DNA of 64,000 nt from the IMG/VR virus record IMGVR_UViG_3300027747_002427; one strand, 5' to 3'. Below, piece after piece: positions 1-9,050 of the stretch. The position numbers and the translations under genes are program-made. Numbering within the stretch: the first letter of the stretch is position 1; the number at the start of each line of letters is the position of its first letter. Below the pieces are notes generated by a model that had not been told where the DNA came from, did no database searches, and saw only the letters and a list, made by a program, of their open reading frames with translations. This stretch comes from a virus. Lineage: Duplodnaviria > Caudoviricetes.

Positions 1-285
1 ATTCCCTTTACTAACATCATTTTCATCAATATTAGTAATAACATAGATATAGAAATCTGGATTATTTTGAAGTTGATTGTGACTAGCTTTCTCTAACCAT
101 CTACCTTCTAGTCTCTTCTTAGTGGTTGCTTTGACTTCAATATAACGGGTCTCCTTTGGGTTACCGGTACAAAGATCCCACCCACAACCTTTGCTCTTGG
201 GTCTAAAAATTAATCTCCCCTGTTCCTTTTCATAGGCAATAACTAAATCCGTGCCAATCTTTTCAATATCTAAGTTTTTAATCAT
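1..285 (-). CDS. DUF3883/PD-(D/E)xK-like nuclease (runs off the window start; not in ORF track)
   Basis: Manual translation MIKNLDIEKIGTDLVIAYEKEQGR...GCGWDL...RYIEVKATT; the G-x-D...IEVK pattern fits DUF3883. Confidence 0.6.
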   Translation of the reverse strand, partial: MIKNLDIEKIGTDLVIAYEKEQGRLIFRPKSKGCGWDLCTGNPKETRYIEVKATTKKRLEGRWLEKASHNQLQNNPDFYIYVITNIDENDVSKGN

Positions 286-334
286 ATAATATTATACTAT
301 AGAATATTAGGCATTACCAGCCTAAATATAGCAT

Positions 335-766
335 ATGTTATCATTTAAGGAGTATTTTGAAGAGGCGGAATTAACTCAAAGAACGGGTCATAAAGGGTTT
401 ACTGGAAGAGTGTTTGTTTACTTTAATATCAATCTTTCGGACAAATTAAAGACCCCCTATTTTTCTGTTAAGAATATGAGTACTGGAAGAGTCATTGGTC
501 ATGAGACTTCCTTTATGGTAAGAGATGCAACCTTTAAAGTTAGTGCAGCTGGTAATGAAAGAGTAAATCGAGAAGGTAAAAAGAATGTTCATGCTGGGGT
601 AGTGGGTTATTTGGTTCATGAAGAACCGCGTGCTCTTGACACCCCAGTTACCTATAATCCTTACAAATATAAAACTTTCGTTAAAGTGGCGGATGAAACT
701 CCAGTACATTCAGCGGATTTAGTTTCTTTTGCAAATAGAAGGCTTACAGCTGAAAATGTAAAATAG
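335..766 (+). CDS. Conserved phage hypothetical protein with CTS-like N-terminus
   Basis: 143 aa; FKVSAAGNERVNREGKKNVHAGVVG and TYNPYK motifs resemble a widespread phage family; starts MLSFKEYFEE; TAAATA 6 nt upstream. Confidence 0.6.
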   Translation: MLSFKEYFEEAELTQRTGHKGFTGRVFVYFNINLSDKLKTPYFSVKNMSTGRVIGHETSFMVRDATFKVSAAGNERVNREGKKNVHAGVVGYLVHEEPRALDTPVTYNPYKYKTFVKVADETPVHSADLVSFANRRLTAENVK

Positions 767-794
767 TGCACATTACAGACTAATTATTATACAA

Positions 795-1622
795 ATGAAT
801 AAAGATCAAATTAACTTACAAGAAGTTTATAGTAGAATCTACCTTAAGGAAGATGAAAATTTTAGTGATCAAATAAATCCTTCAGCTCAAGAGAGAGCAG
901 AATCTGTTTATGGCGAAGAGATTCCACCTGTAGAAGGTGAGAGTGAAGAACTAGGAGAAGATTCTAATAATTCTGTCAAAATGCCCAACAGAGTAGCTCA
1001 TATGGTCAAGGTAATGAAGAGTAAGGGAGAATCTTCAGACTACGTTACGGGTTATCTTATGAGTATGATTCAGAATACTATTGATGTTCCTAATATGCCT
1101 AGCCTTCAAGATCAGATTGATTGGGCAATAAATCATTACGAAAAAAAGACTCTTCCTGAGGAAGATGAAACCCAAGAAAAGATGAACGAGGATTCTAAAT
1201 CAGGTTCTTACACTCTTTATTATAAAGATTCTGAAGCAAAGAAGACAAGTGCTTGGTATACATCTGAGACTTTAGAAGATTTAGTCAATCAAGTCAACAA
1301 AGGTAATAAAGGAATGGATTATGATTTGCCAGTTGTTGATGAAGACCGAGTATTTAAAAACAAGGAAGAGCTTTTAGATTTTTGTTCTCATAGTGACTTC
1401 TTTATCAAAGGACCGGATGGTAATTTAGTATCAGGTTATCCAGTTAAGCCAGGAGATTGGGAAAATGATATTAACGAGAAGAAGGAAAAATTTACAATTA
1501 ATACACCAACTCAAGGTCAATTGATTTCTAAGACTAGAGCACCAGTTCACAAGCCTACAATGCAAATCAAACCCAAGAAGGGAATATATAATCGCCAACA
1601 ATTCAAAAAGGATTATGAGTAA
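795..1622 (+). CDS. Acidic hypothetical protein with basic C-terminal tail
   Basis: 275 aa ORF, E/D-rich. Confidence 0.55.
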   Translation: MNKDQINLQEVYSRIYLKEDENFSDQINPSAQERAESVYGEEIPPVEGESEELGEDSNNSVKMPNRVAHMVKVMKSKGESSDYVTGYLMSMIQNTIDVPNMPSLQDQIDWAINHYEKKTLPEEDETQEKMNEDSKSGSYTLYYKDSEAKKTSAWYTSETLEDLVNQVNKGNKGMDYDLPVVDEDRVFKNKEELLDFCSHSDFFIKGPDGNLVSGYPVKPGDWENDINEKKEKFTINTPTQGQLISKTRAPVHKPTMQIKPKKGIYNRQQFKKDYE

Positions 1623-2067
1623 ATTCCAAAATCTCTATGAGTCACTTCTCTTAGAGATGCCACATATTTCTTTTGAAAAGAATGGCAAACATTTTGATTT
1701 TGATTTAGAATTAGAAAAACATCAGAAGGACTGGTATGGATTAGTGCGTTTAATGCATAATATTCTAGGGTCCAATTCAGTTAAAGACAAGTATGGTAAT
1801 GTTTTAAGTCTACAAACTTCAGATGAAAAGGAAGCATTTGTAGAAGAGTTAAGAAACAATCCTATGTTTACTACTTTCATTAAAAGGTTTTATAATAAAG
1901 ATTTTAATGATCTTTTAGATTTAAGTCATTATACTCCTAAAATAAACGTAGCACATAAGAACAATACAACACCACAAGGGACAACCAATTATGGCAAAGG
2001 TGTTTCTGCCAATTTAAAATCTTCTATGGGAGATCAATTACCAACGGGCAATAGTGCCGCTATGTAA
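1615..2067 (+). CDS. Hypothetical protein
   Basis: 150 aa ORF overlapping the upstream stop. Confidence 0.55.
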   Translation: MSKFQNLYESLLLEMPHISFEKNGKHFDFDLELEKHQKDWYGLVRLMHNILGSNSVKDKYGNVLSLQTSDEKEAFVEELRNNPMFTTFIKRFYNKDFNDLLDLSHYTPKINVAHKNNTTPQGTTNYGKGVSANLKSSMGDQLPTGNSAAM

Positions 2068-2079
2068 GTAAATATAACA

Positions 2080-2511
2080 ATGCGTACCTTTGACACAATT
2101 ATTTTAGGAGAAGCTTATTCTAAAGTTCGTACTATAGAAGAAGCTAAGTTTCGTGATATAGCTGCCGCAGCGGCTTTAGGTCTTTCTGGTCTTACAGGTG
2201 CTCATGCTACTACAGCCGACGATCAAGCAGATACTCATGGACTTAATCCTCCGATTGTACAACAAGCAACAAAGGAAGAGCCAACTGAAACCAATTATCA
2301 TAAGGCTAAAGTAGCTTATGATAAGGCAGTCAAAGAAAAAAAGGCAGATATAGAGACTTTAAAAAATATATCCTTAGATACAGACTATGCAAAAAGATAT
2401 GCAGGTCATTTAGTTTTAATGGGCCATGATGTTCCTGATATCATCAGAGATGCAGCAAAGGGTTCAGCAGAAGAAACTGAAAAGGCTTTACAAAGCCAAG
2501 ATTTGAATTAA
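2080..2511 (+). CDS. Hypothetical protein (late-promoter motif upstream)
   Basis: 143 aa ORF; TAAATA at 2069-2074. Confidence 0.55.
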   Translation: MRTFDTIILGEAYSKVRTIEEAKFRDIAAAAALGLSGLTGAHATTADDQADTHGLNPPIVQQATKEEPTETNYHKAKVAYDKAVKEKKADIETLKNISLDTDYAKRYAGHLVLMGHDVPDIIRDAAKGSAEETEKALQSQDLN

Positions 2512-2828
2512 TTTTTAATTCGAGGTTTACGTTTTTTGGGACGAGTTTTTTCTTGATAATCTCTATTTAAATCTTGTTGTTCTTGTAACACAGAACCATC
2601 GATAAAGGCTCTCCAAGCAATTACGCCTTGTAATATAACATTTAAAAATATTATAGTAGCTCTTACTTCATTTATACCGTGAAACCCACCGTCTGCGGAA
2701 TCTGTGTGATGAGAAAGATCGGATATTAAAGATGTTATCATAGCAACACTAGCATAGAGACAAAGTTTGACTTTAACGCTACTAATAGAAACCACCGATC
2801 TAACTGGTTCTTTTCTTTTTATTGCCAT
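2508..2828 (-). CDS. Two-TM membrane protein with basic C-terminus (holin-like)
   Basis: Two hydrophobic segments; RPKKRKPRIKN tail; TAAGTA 5 nt upstream. Confidence 0.45.
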   Translation of the reverse strand: MAIKRKEPVRSVVSISSVKVKLCLYASVAMITSLISDLSHHTDSADGGFHGINEVRATIIFLNVILQGVIAWRAFIDGSVLQEQQDLNRDYQEKTRPKKRKPRIKN

Positions 2829-2885
2829 ATCAATACTTAGACTTTAATTTGGGACCAATTACGCGTAAATAATAGCAAATAAGTT

Positions 2886-3116
2886 ATGACACTTAAAGAT
2901 ATTCAAGATTTAATAGATTCAACAAACCTAGCGTTGCTAGAAGATTTTCGCATAGTACATCATCGCGATCCGAAAGATAAAGAGCTTTTATTACATTTAA
3001 AACACGTCCTTAAAGAAGGATATCAAGAAGACGTATTAGCTGAAGTTTTATCAGATGATGTAAATTGTCCACAAGACTATTACAAGCTCTTATTATTAGT
3101 TGCGGCTACCCAATAA
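2886..3116 (+). CDS. Hypothetical protein
   Basis: 76 aa ORF. Confidence 0.45.
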   Translation: MTLKDIQDLIDSTNLALLEDFRIVHHRDPKDKELLLHLKHVLKEGYQEDVLAEVLSDDVNCPQDYYKLLLLVAATQ

Positions 3117-3119
3117 ATT

Positions 3120-3206
3120 TTATTTCTCAATACTATTCAGAAATAAAGCCGTTAAAATAAGGCCTCCAAATACAAGTTTAAAGAAGAAATAAAGCTCTGG
3201 ACTCAT
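3120..3206 (-). CDS. 28-aa single-TM peptide
   Basis: MSPELYFFFKLVFGGLILTALFLNSIEK; CCCCTAAGTATT motif just upstream. Confidence 0.45.
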   Translation of the reverse strand: MSPELYFFFKLVFGGLILTALFLNSIEK

Positions 3207-3235
3207 ACTAATACTTAGGGGGTAAAAGGAGAGTA

Positions 3236-3943
3236 TTAGATGGATATTTCTGTTTCAAAAAACTTTTTAAAGGTTTCTAAGGATAATTCTTTATCAAATA
3301 AAGATTTGCGATAATCAGCTATTTTTTGTAAATGACCACTGTAGCGTAAAGTCTTGAAAACTAAGTTACCTATAGAATATTCTCCTCCCTCTGCTAAACT
3401 CGTAGTTCTCAATTGTTTTAATTCGTCTCTTAAAGCTTTAAACTCTTTTAAAGGAGCTTTTTGAACAACCATGTCATCTATTCTATTTTGAAATTCATGA
3501 GCTAGAGTTAAAACCTCTGGGTCATTTAAAGAGTTTGTAGGTTCTTGTGGTACTACTAACCACACATCTTTAATTAAATCATAGATTCCTTTACCTTGAT
3601 ATTCAGCTTCTAAATCTTTTAAATTTACTTCTACCTTATATCCTTTTATTGTTATATCATGTGAATCATTAAAATCCTTACTCTTTACTCTGAAATAATC
3701 TAAAACAGTTTCTTTACAGGTATCTTCTTTTGGGTCTGCAATAATATGAAGATCCCAATCACTTTCGGGTCTCCATTGATAGGTGCAAAGTGAACCAGTG
3801 AGAATAATGTGCTTTATAGTTATAGGAGCAACCACATCATCTAAGAATTCTTTTGATATGGATAACAAAGCTTTTTTAATGTCTGGATGTAGTTTTCTTT
3901 CACTATCCCAAACTCTTGGATTTAATTCTGAAGGCATTATCAA
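3236..3943 (-). CDS. Pol-beta superfamily nucleotidyltransferase
   Basis: ILTGSLCTYQWRPESDWDLHI = GS-x(8)-DxD motif; third acidic residue in KVEV. Confidence 0.8.
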   Translation of the reverse strand: MIMPSELNPRVWDSERKLHPDIKKALLSISKEFLDDVVAPITIKHIILTGSLCTYQWRPESDWDLHIIADPKEDTCKETVLDYFRVKSKDFNDSHDITIKGYKVEVNLKDLEAEYQGKGIYDLIKDVWLVVPQEPTNSLNDPEVLTLAHEFQNRIDDMVVQKAPLKEFKALRDELKQLRTTSLAEGGEYSIGNLVFKTLRYSGHLQKIADYRKSLFDKELSLETFKKFFETEISI

Positions 3944-4030
3944 ATTACTTATTGCATTCCCTCCAAAAATCTTTTATTTTAATTAAAGATGATTTTATCA
4001 AATACACCCTTTCAGTGGTAAATAGTAAAA

Positions 4031-4237
4031 ATGATTATTAAGGCAAAATATATCACAGCCCTAATTTTAATTGTTTTATTTTCCAGTGCTTTAATTTATG
4101 AAGTAACTGAAGGATCCAATAGTTTTGCTTTCATATTACTTGGTATATCATTAGGATCAGTTTTGGGTGTTACTTCTTATTGTGCATCAGTTCATTGGGG
4201 TTCAAGATTGTTATCTAAAATTTTTAAAGATTTTTAA
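4031..4237 (+). CDS. Small two-TM membrane protein
   Basis: Two hydrophobic stretches. Confidence 0.5.
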   Translation: MIIKAKYITALILIVLFSSALIYEVTEGSNSFAFILLGISLGSVLGVTSYCASVHWGSRLLSKIFKDF

Positions 4238-4239
4238 TC

Positions 4240-4452
4240 ATGTTTAAAGTGGATGATTATGTCACCAAAGAAGGTGATAGGTTTTATGTAGATACCGAGG
4301 AATGGAAAAAGGGTCCAGAGACGGGTATAGAAGAAGGGGATATTATTAAATTTAATTTTGATGGTAAAAGATATATTGCCAAGGTTGTAAAATTTGGTAA
4401 TGAACCTGGACTTTTTGAGTTGATAAATGTTAAAGAAGTAGTTAAGATTTAA
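4240..4452 (+). CDS. Small hypothetical protein (SH3/KOW-like beta pattern)
   Basis: 70 aa; GDIIKFNFDGKRYIAKVVKF. Confidence 0.45.
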   Translation: MFKVDDYVTKEGDRFYVDTEEWKKGPETGIEEGDIIKFNFDGKRYIAKVVKFGNEPGLFELINVKEVVKI

Positions 4453-4460
4453 TCTTAATT

Positions 4461-5402
4461 ATGAAAGACATATCTTTGTATTACGACGATATATATCTCG
4501 TTCCTCAATATTCTGAATTAAAAAGTAGAAGTGGAGCTGATACATCATTAACGTTTGGAAATCACAAATTCAAGCTTCCTATTGTTCCTTCTAATATGAA
4601 GGCAGTGATTAATGAAGAATGGTCAAAGTGGCTTTCTGAAAATGAATACTTTTATGTTATGCATCGTTTCAATAGTGCTACAGTGCCTTTTGTAAGAAAT
4701 GCTAATACAGAGAATTGGAAGACTATTAGTATTTCTACTGGAGTTAATGAAGAGAGTTTAGCCGAATTAGAAATTTTAAAAAATGATGGATGTAGAATTG
4801 ATTTTATAACAATTGATGTAGCTCATGGACATCATATTAAAGTGGCAGAACGTATTGAAGATGTTAAAACTTTATTCCCAAATACTTTTATTATTGCTGG
4901 TAATACATCATCTCCCGAAGCAACAGAAGAGTTAGAGCAATGGGGAGCAGATGCTACTAAATGTTTAATTGGTACTGGAAGTGCTTGTTCGACAAAATAT
5001 CAAACCGGATTTCATGTACCTTCATTTTCTTGTATTCAAGAATGTGCATCAGTAGCAAAGAAACCTATTGTTGCAGACGGCGGAGCCAAGTATTATGGGG
5101 ATATAGCTAAATCTTTAGTTGCCGGTGCTACTATGGTTATGAGTGGTGGAATGTTTGCCGCTTGTTCCGATTCACCAGCACCAGAGATTAATGGTAAGAA
5201 AAGATATTTTGGAAATGCTTCCGCTGTAGCAAAGGGTAAGAATCTTCATGTAGAAGGTTTTGATTTGCAAATTGAAGATGCGGGAATAAGTTTAGAAGAA
5301 AGATTAAACGAAATTCATCAAGCTTTACAAAGTTCTATTAGCTATGCTGGTGGATGGGATTTAAGATGTTTTCAACACGTAAAATATGTCAGACTCAAAT
5401 AA
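4461..5402 (+). CDS. guaC: GMP reductase
   Basis: YDDIYLVP, YFYVMHRF, ITIDVAHGH, IIAGN, GTGSACST (catalytic Cys), ADGG; 313 aa without CBS domains. Confidence 0.88.
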   Translation: MKDISLYYDDIYLVPQYSELKSRSGADTSLTFGNHKFKLPIVPSNMKAVINEEWSKWLSENEYFYVMHRFNSATVPFVRNANTENWKTISISTGVNEESLAELEILKNDGCRIDFITIDVAHGHHIKVAERIEDVKTLFPNTFIIAGNTSSPEATEELEQWGADATKCLIGTGSACSTKYQTGFHVPSFSCIQECASVAKKPIVADGGAKYYGDIAKSLVAGATMVMSGGMFAACSDSPAPEINGKKRYFGNASAVAKGKNLHVEGFDLQIEDAGISLEERLNEIHQALQSSISYAGGWDLRCFQHVKYVRLK

Positions 5403-5592
5403 TAATCCAGAATTAAAAGAAGAATATCTTTATCTAGTTACTGGTAAAGATAAAGATGATTTTGGCAATTCTCACAACGAAGTAGCACAATATCGCAAAG
5501 GTAAATTTTGGTTTTTTGGTTGGGAGATACCAGAACCTATAGAAAAATTTGCTTCTTGGAAAGAGTTAGTAGTAGCTCTTAAAAATGAATAA
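5386..5592 (+). CDS. Hypothetical protein
   Basis: 68 aa ORF in an overlapping gene run. Confidence 0.45.
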   Translation: MSDSNNNPELKEEYLYLVTGKDKDDFGNSHNEVAQYRKGKFWFFGWEIPEPIEKFASWKELVVALKNE

Positions 5593-5821
5593 AAGAGAAA
5601 AGTTACAATTGAGTAATGAAGTTATTGGTTGGTTGAGTAAAGAAGTAACAGAGATTAGACACATTATAAAAAGAATAAAAGCAACCTCTCATATTGAAGG
5701 TTATATGGTTGGAGAATATGATAAAGATGATTTGGATTATCTAGAAGAAAAAATAAAAGAATTAGAGTGCCGTTCCGCGTTTGAATCGCGTAATATTAAA
5801 AAAATAAGATATGAAGACTGA
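5585..5821 (+). CDS. Hypothetical protein
   Basis: 78 aa ORF in an overlapping gene run. Confidence 0.45.
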   Translation: MNKREKLQLSNEVIGWLSKEVTEIRHIIKRIKATSHIEGYMVGEYDKDDLDYLEEKIKELECRSAFESRNIKKIRYED

Positions 5822-6167
5822 ATTAAAAAATCTAACAGATCGTATTCACCAATTAGCTCAAAAGGTTAAAGCTACTAATATCCAAGAAGTAGTTGATGAC
5901 CCGGAATGGCAAGAACTTCGCCTTTGGCTTAAAGGTAAGTGGGCAGCTCATGGACCGGAGTGTGTTCGTCGCTTGAGAGAATATTTTGAAAAGGATAAGA
6001 CAAATCCTTGGAGGGTTCGTCGTGTATTAAATTATGTTACTTGTTCAGGATTTAGAACTGGTGCTATCAAAGAACCTTCTGTTGATGCTCTTAGAGAAGA
6101 TGTTCGTAACACCTGGCAGCAGCTTTTAGGTGATAAAGCTACGCATAAATCGGGCGGTAAGTTGTAA
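5811..6167 (+). CDS. Hypothetical protein, apparent paralog of 8764..8997
   Basis: Shared WQ..R..LKG...NY....G.(I/L)K pattern. Confidence 0.55.
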   Translation: MKTELKNLTDRIHQLAQKVKATNIQEVVDDPEWQELRLWLKGKWAAHGPECVRRLREYFEKDKTNPWRVRRVLNYVTCSGFRTGAIKEPSVDALREDVRNTWQQLLGDKATHKSGGKL

Positions 6168-6173
6168 GTAGAT

Positions 6174-6404
6174 TTGATGTCTAAACTTACAGATAGAAGT
6201 ACAGCACCTAAAAAGTTATCTAAAACAGATAAAAAAAACTTTTGGAGAGCTAAGAAAAAAATAGCTTATCAAGATCTTAAACAAGCCAAAAAAACTAATA
6301 ACATTGGTTGGGTTAAGATGCTTCATAAGCGTATTAACAAGTATAATAGTCATATAGGAGAGTCTTTTGATAGCAAGGTTAAAACCATATTAGAATCCCT
6401 TTAA
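6174..6404 (+). CDS. Small basic hypothetical protein
   Basis: K-rich 76 aa ORF. Confidence 0.45.
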   Translation: MMSKLTDRSTAPKKLSKTDKKNFWRAKKKIAYQDLKQAKKTNNIGWVKMLHKRINKYNSHIGESFDSKVKTILESL

Positions 6405-6420
6405 GAGTAAATATAGTTAG

Positions 6421-7068
6421 ATGTCTAATTCTAACTATATCTTTACTAATCAAGTATCCTCTGTTCCTGTAAACCCTAATGTAGGGTATAACAATTCTTG
6501 GGTCAAAGTTGATAGCAATGCTCGAAGAGAACTTTATGCACAGGCCTCTTACATTACTAATCTAGACGGATTAAGTGTTTCTTTGACTGCTGGTAACGTA
6601 AACATTGGTGATGTTCATATTGCAGATCCCGGTGGATTACATGCTAACGTGGCAGATGTAGGTGCAGGATTAGGGGCTTTGAGAGTTTTAACCCAAGACT
6701 TCGATTCGATACACGATAGTGTTTCCATAGGAGATAAGAAAGGTATTAACTTTGCTTCAATCCAACCTTCAACAAGTGCATTAAGAACTTATGATATTGG
6801 TAGTAGAGTTACAAATTGGGATGTATTGAGTGCTGCTGTTAATGGTTCCACATATACAACATTCCCATCAAATCCTGCTAATGAGATAACAATTTTAAAT
6901 AATACAGGTGGTATTATTTATATTAAAAATGCAGCTAAATCAATAGGCTTACCAATTGATAATAATACATCCGTTGATCTTAGATTAGTTGGTGATACTA
7001 ATGAAGTAGCAGTTCTAGCTAGTAGTAATAATAAAACAGTTTTTGGTACATTTATAGCTTATAACTAA
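6421..7068 (+). CDS. Probable virion structural/decoration protein
   Basis: N/S/V/G-rich beta composition; TAAATA 7 nt upstream; N-terminal module shared with 19649..20002. Confidence 0.5.
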   Translation: MSNSNYIFTNQVSSVPVNPNVGYNNSWVKVDSNARRELYAQASYITNLDGLSVSLTAGNVNIGDVHIADPGGLHANVADVGAGLGALRVLTQDFDSIHDSVSIGDKKGINFASIQPSTSALRTYDIGSRVTNWDVLSAAVNGSTYTTFPSNPANEITILNNTGGIIYIKNAAKSIGLPIDNNTSVDLRLVGDTNEVAVLASSNNKTVFGTFIAYN

Positions 7069-7069
7069 T

Positions 7070-7286
7070 ATGGGAAGAATATCTTTACTTGGAACTGGTA
7101 ATGTAGCTTTTAGTGGCTGATGTTAATGTAACAACAAGTTCTAAAGTCTTTGTTCAATCAATTGATGTGACAGATGATAAGAAAATACCATCAATTAGTG
7201 TTGTTACATCTACAGGAAGTCTTACTGCTTATAGTAGTATTAATAATATCACATCTAAGATCAATTACTTCTTTATAAATCCGTAA
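7070..7286 (+). pseudogene. Frameshifted small beta-rich virion-type gene
   Basis: ATG 7070 frame stops at TGA 7118-7120; the +1 frame is open 7110-7286; removing one T from GCTTTTAG gives one 71-aa reading. Confidence 0.5.
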
Positions 7287-7302
7287 AAGATAAGTATTCT
7301 AT

Positions 7303-8133
7303 ATGTTTACAGCGTTAGTTGGTATAGTAGCTTTAATAGTAGCAGGATGTGCTGCATTCTTTTCGGTTCAAGGATTAGCAACATTATATGCTGCTCGTTT
7401 TGTGGCAGTTTGTGTCATGGCAGGAAGTTTGGAAATTGGAAAGTTGGTTGCAGCTTCGTTTCTGCATAGATATTGGCACACTTGCGGAATACTCTTAAAA
7501 TTTTATTTAACTATAGCGGTTGTTGTTTTAATGGGTATAACATCATTAGGTATTTTTGGTTTCTTAACAGGAGCATATCAACAGAGCCATACCAAGGTAG
7601 AACTTACAGATGTTAAACAAGAATCTTTAAATTCTAAGAAAGAATTTTTAACTCTAGAAATAAGTCAATTAAATGATAGAATTAAAACATTAAATGAAGC
7701 AAGAAAAGCTCAAGAAAAACGATTACCAGATTTATCAAGTAGAGCAGCTAAACCAATTTACGAAGATATTAAAAAATCATCAGAAGAAATATCTGCAACG
7801 AGGAAAAGAGTTGATGAACTTACTACGCAACTCTTTGAAACAAGTCAAGATTCAATCAATCAAAAGATTGAAGGTTCCAAAGAAGTAGATATTGGAACAC
7901 TTAAGTATGTAGCAAAAACCTTTGGAGTAGATATGGACACTGTTGTAAAGTGGTTTACGCTAGCTATTGTATTGGTGTTTGACCCTCTTGCCGTAGCATT
8001 GGTTTTAGCTTATAATAGTCTTATAGAAACTATACCACCTAAAAAAGTAGAGCATATAGAATATGAAGAAGAGCCGGTTACAAGAAAGATAATTAAAAAA
8101 ATAACTGGGGCTCATTACAGAGATCAATTATGA
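7303..8133 (+). CDS. Multi-TM membrane protein with periplasmic coiled coil (DUF4407-like architecture)
   Basis: 3 N-terminal TMs (FFSVQGL...SLEIGKLVAASFL), coiled coil, C-terminal TM (FDPLAVAL). Confidence 0.6.
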   Translation: MFTALVGIVALIVAGCAAFFSVQGLATLYAARFVAVCVMAGSLEIGKLVAASFLHRYWHTCGILLKFYLTIAVVVLMGITSLGIFGFLTGAYQQSHTKVELTDVKQESLNSKKEFLTLEISQLNDRIKTLNEARKAQEKRLPDLSSRAAKPIYEDIKKSSEEISATRKRVDELTTQLFETSQDSINQKIEGSKEVDIGTLKYVAKTFGVDMDTVVKWFTLAIVLVFDPLAVALVLAYNSLIETIPPKKVEHIEYEEEPVTRKIIKKITGAHYRDQL

Positions 8134-8276
8134 AAGATATAAAATATACACATAAAAGAACTTATAGAGATTTTGGAGAAGAAGGTATTCCTCTTAAAAG
8201 ACCACTTATATTAAGAAAGAAAAAAAATATCTTTCAAAAAATAAAAGAAAAGGTTGTATCTTTGTTTAAAAGATAG
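8130..8276 (+). CDS. 48-aa basic peptide
   Basis: MKDIKYTHKRTYRDFGEEG...; ATGA overlap with upstream stop. Confidence 0.4.
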   Translation: MKDIKYTHKRTYRDFGEEGIPLKRPLILRKKKNIFQKIKEKVVSLFKR

Positions 8277-8309
8277 TATATTAATAATAGATCTTTGATA
8301 AATAATTTT

Positions 8310-8744
8310 GGGGGCGTACTGGTTTCGACTCATACTCGAAGTTTGTATTGCACGCAGTAGTTGATCTGTGGCTACTTTAAAACGGATTAAAAACTAAATG
8401 CAAAGGCAATAACCAATGCAGTTGTGTCAGTCAAGTCATTCGTGACAAATATGGCAGAGAGCCTCTTCAGTAATGAAGATGAGCTTTGCCTTATGGCTGC
8501 TTAACAATAAGAGAGGATCCTATTAAATCTTTTATTATAATAATAGGTATAGAAGTACTTGCGATTCTTATAAAATAAGTGCAAGGGGTGGTATGTGGTC
8601 CTTAATCACACATATAGGCAGACTCTAAAAGATAGGTCGGTAAACCATAGGAGCCTTTAGTCAATCAAATCCTAAATTTACCTAAGCGTGTAGAAGTATA
8701 AATAGAATAGTATGAACACAGGGGTTCGACTCCCCTCGCTTCCA
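8310..8744 (+). ncRNA. ssrA: tmRNA (transfer-messenger RNA)
   Basis: 5' GGGGGCGTACTGGTTTCGAC; 3' T-arm AGGGGTTCGACTCCCCT then CGCTTCCA; G3:U70; pk1 (AGTAG/CTACT); AAACTAAAT-GCA resume site; tag 8400-8504 ends ELCLMAA*. Confidence 0.93.
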
Positions 8745-8763
8745 TTCCCTCGCCTCTACCATT

Positions 8764-8997
8764 TTATTTTTCCGGTTTTAATTGCCCACCACGTCTTAAA
8801 GCTCCTCTATAATTAGAAGCTTGAAGTTTAGCTCTTTTAGAATTATGCTTTTTAACAACCCAATTACTTAATTTTTGTAATTTAGTAGAAGTTGATAACC
8901 CTTTTAAAGATACTCTAAATTTTTGCCAATCATCAGATGATACAGCTTTATCTATTTGCTGATGTGTTGCTTCATAAAAGAAGGTTTTGAAATTCAT
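8764..8997 (-). CDS. Small protein with CTS-like N-terminus; apparent paralog of 5811..6167
   Basis: MNFKTFFYEA...; TAAATA upstream. Confidence 0.55.
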   Translation of the reverse strand: MNFKTFFYEATHQQIDKAVSSDDWQKFRVSLKGLSTSTKLQKLSNWVVKKHNSKRAKLQASNYRGALRRGGQLKPEK

Positions 8998-9013
8998 TAT
9001 ATATTATTTACAG

Positions 9014-9042
9014 TTGATATTACCAGCATAACAATATAATAT
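9014..9042 (+). promoter_or_regulatory. sigma70-type early promoter
   Basis: TTGATA-N17-TAATAT, ATG 8 nt later. Confidence 0.6.
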
Positions 9043-9050
9043 ATAAACAA

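Noticed and set aside
4461-5402. IMP dehydrogenase (guaB)
   Set aside because: Short, no CBS domains, and has GuaC-type YFYVMHRF. Some doubt remains because the Cys loop GSACST resembles IMPDH.
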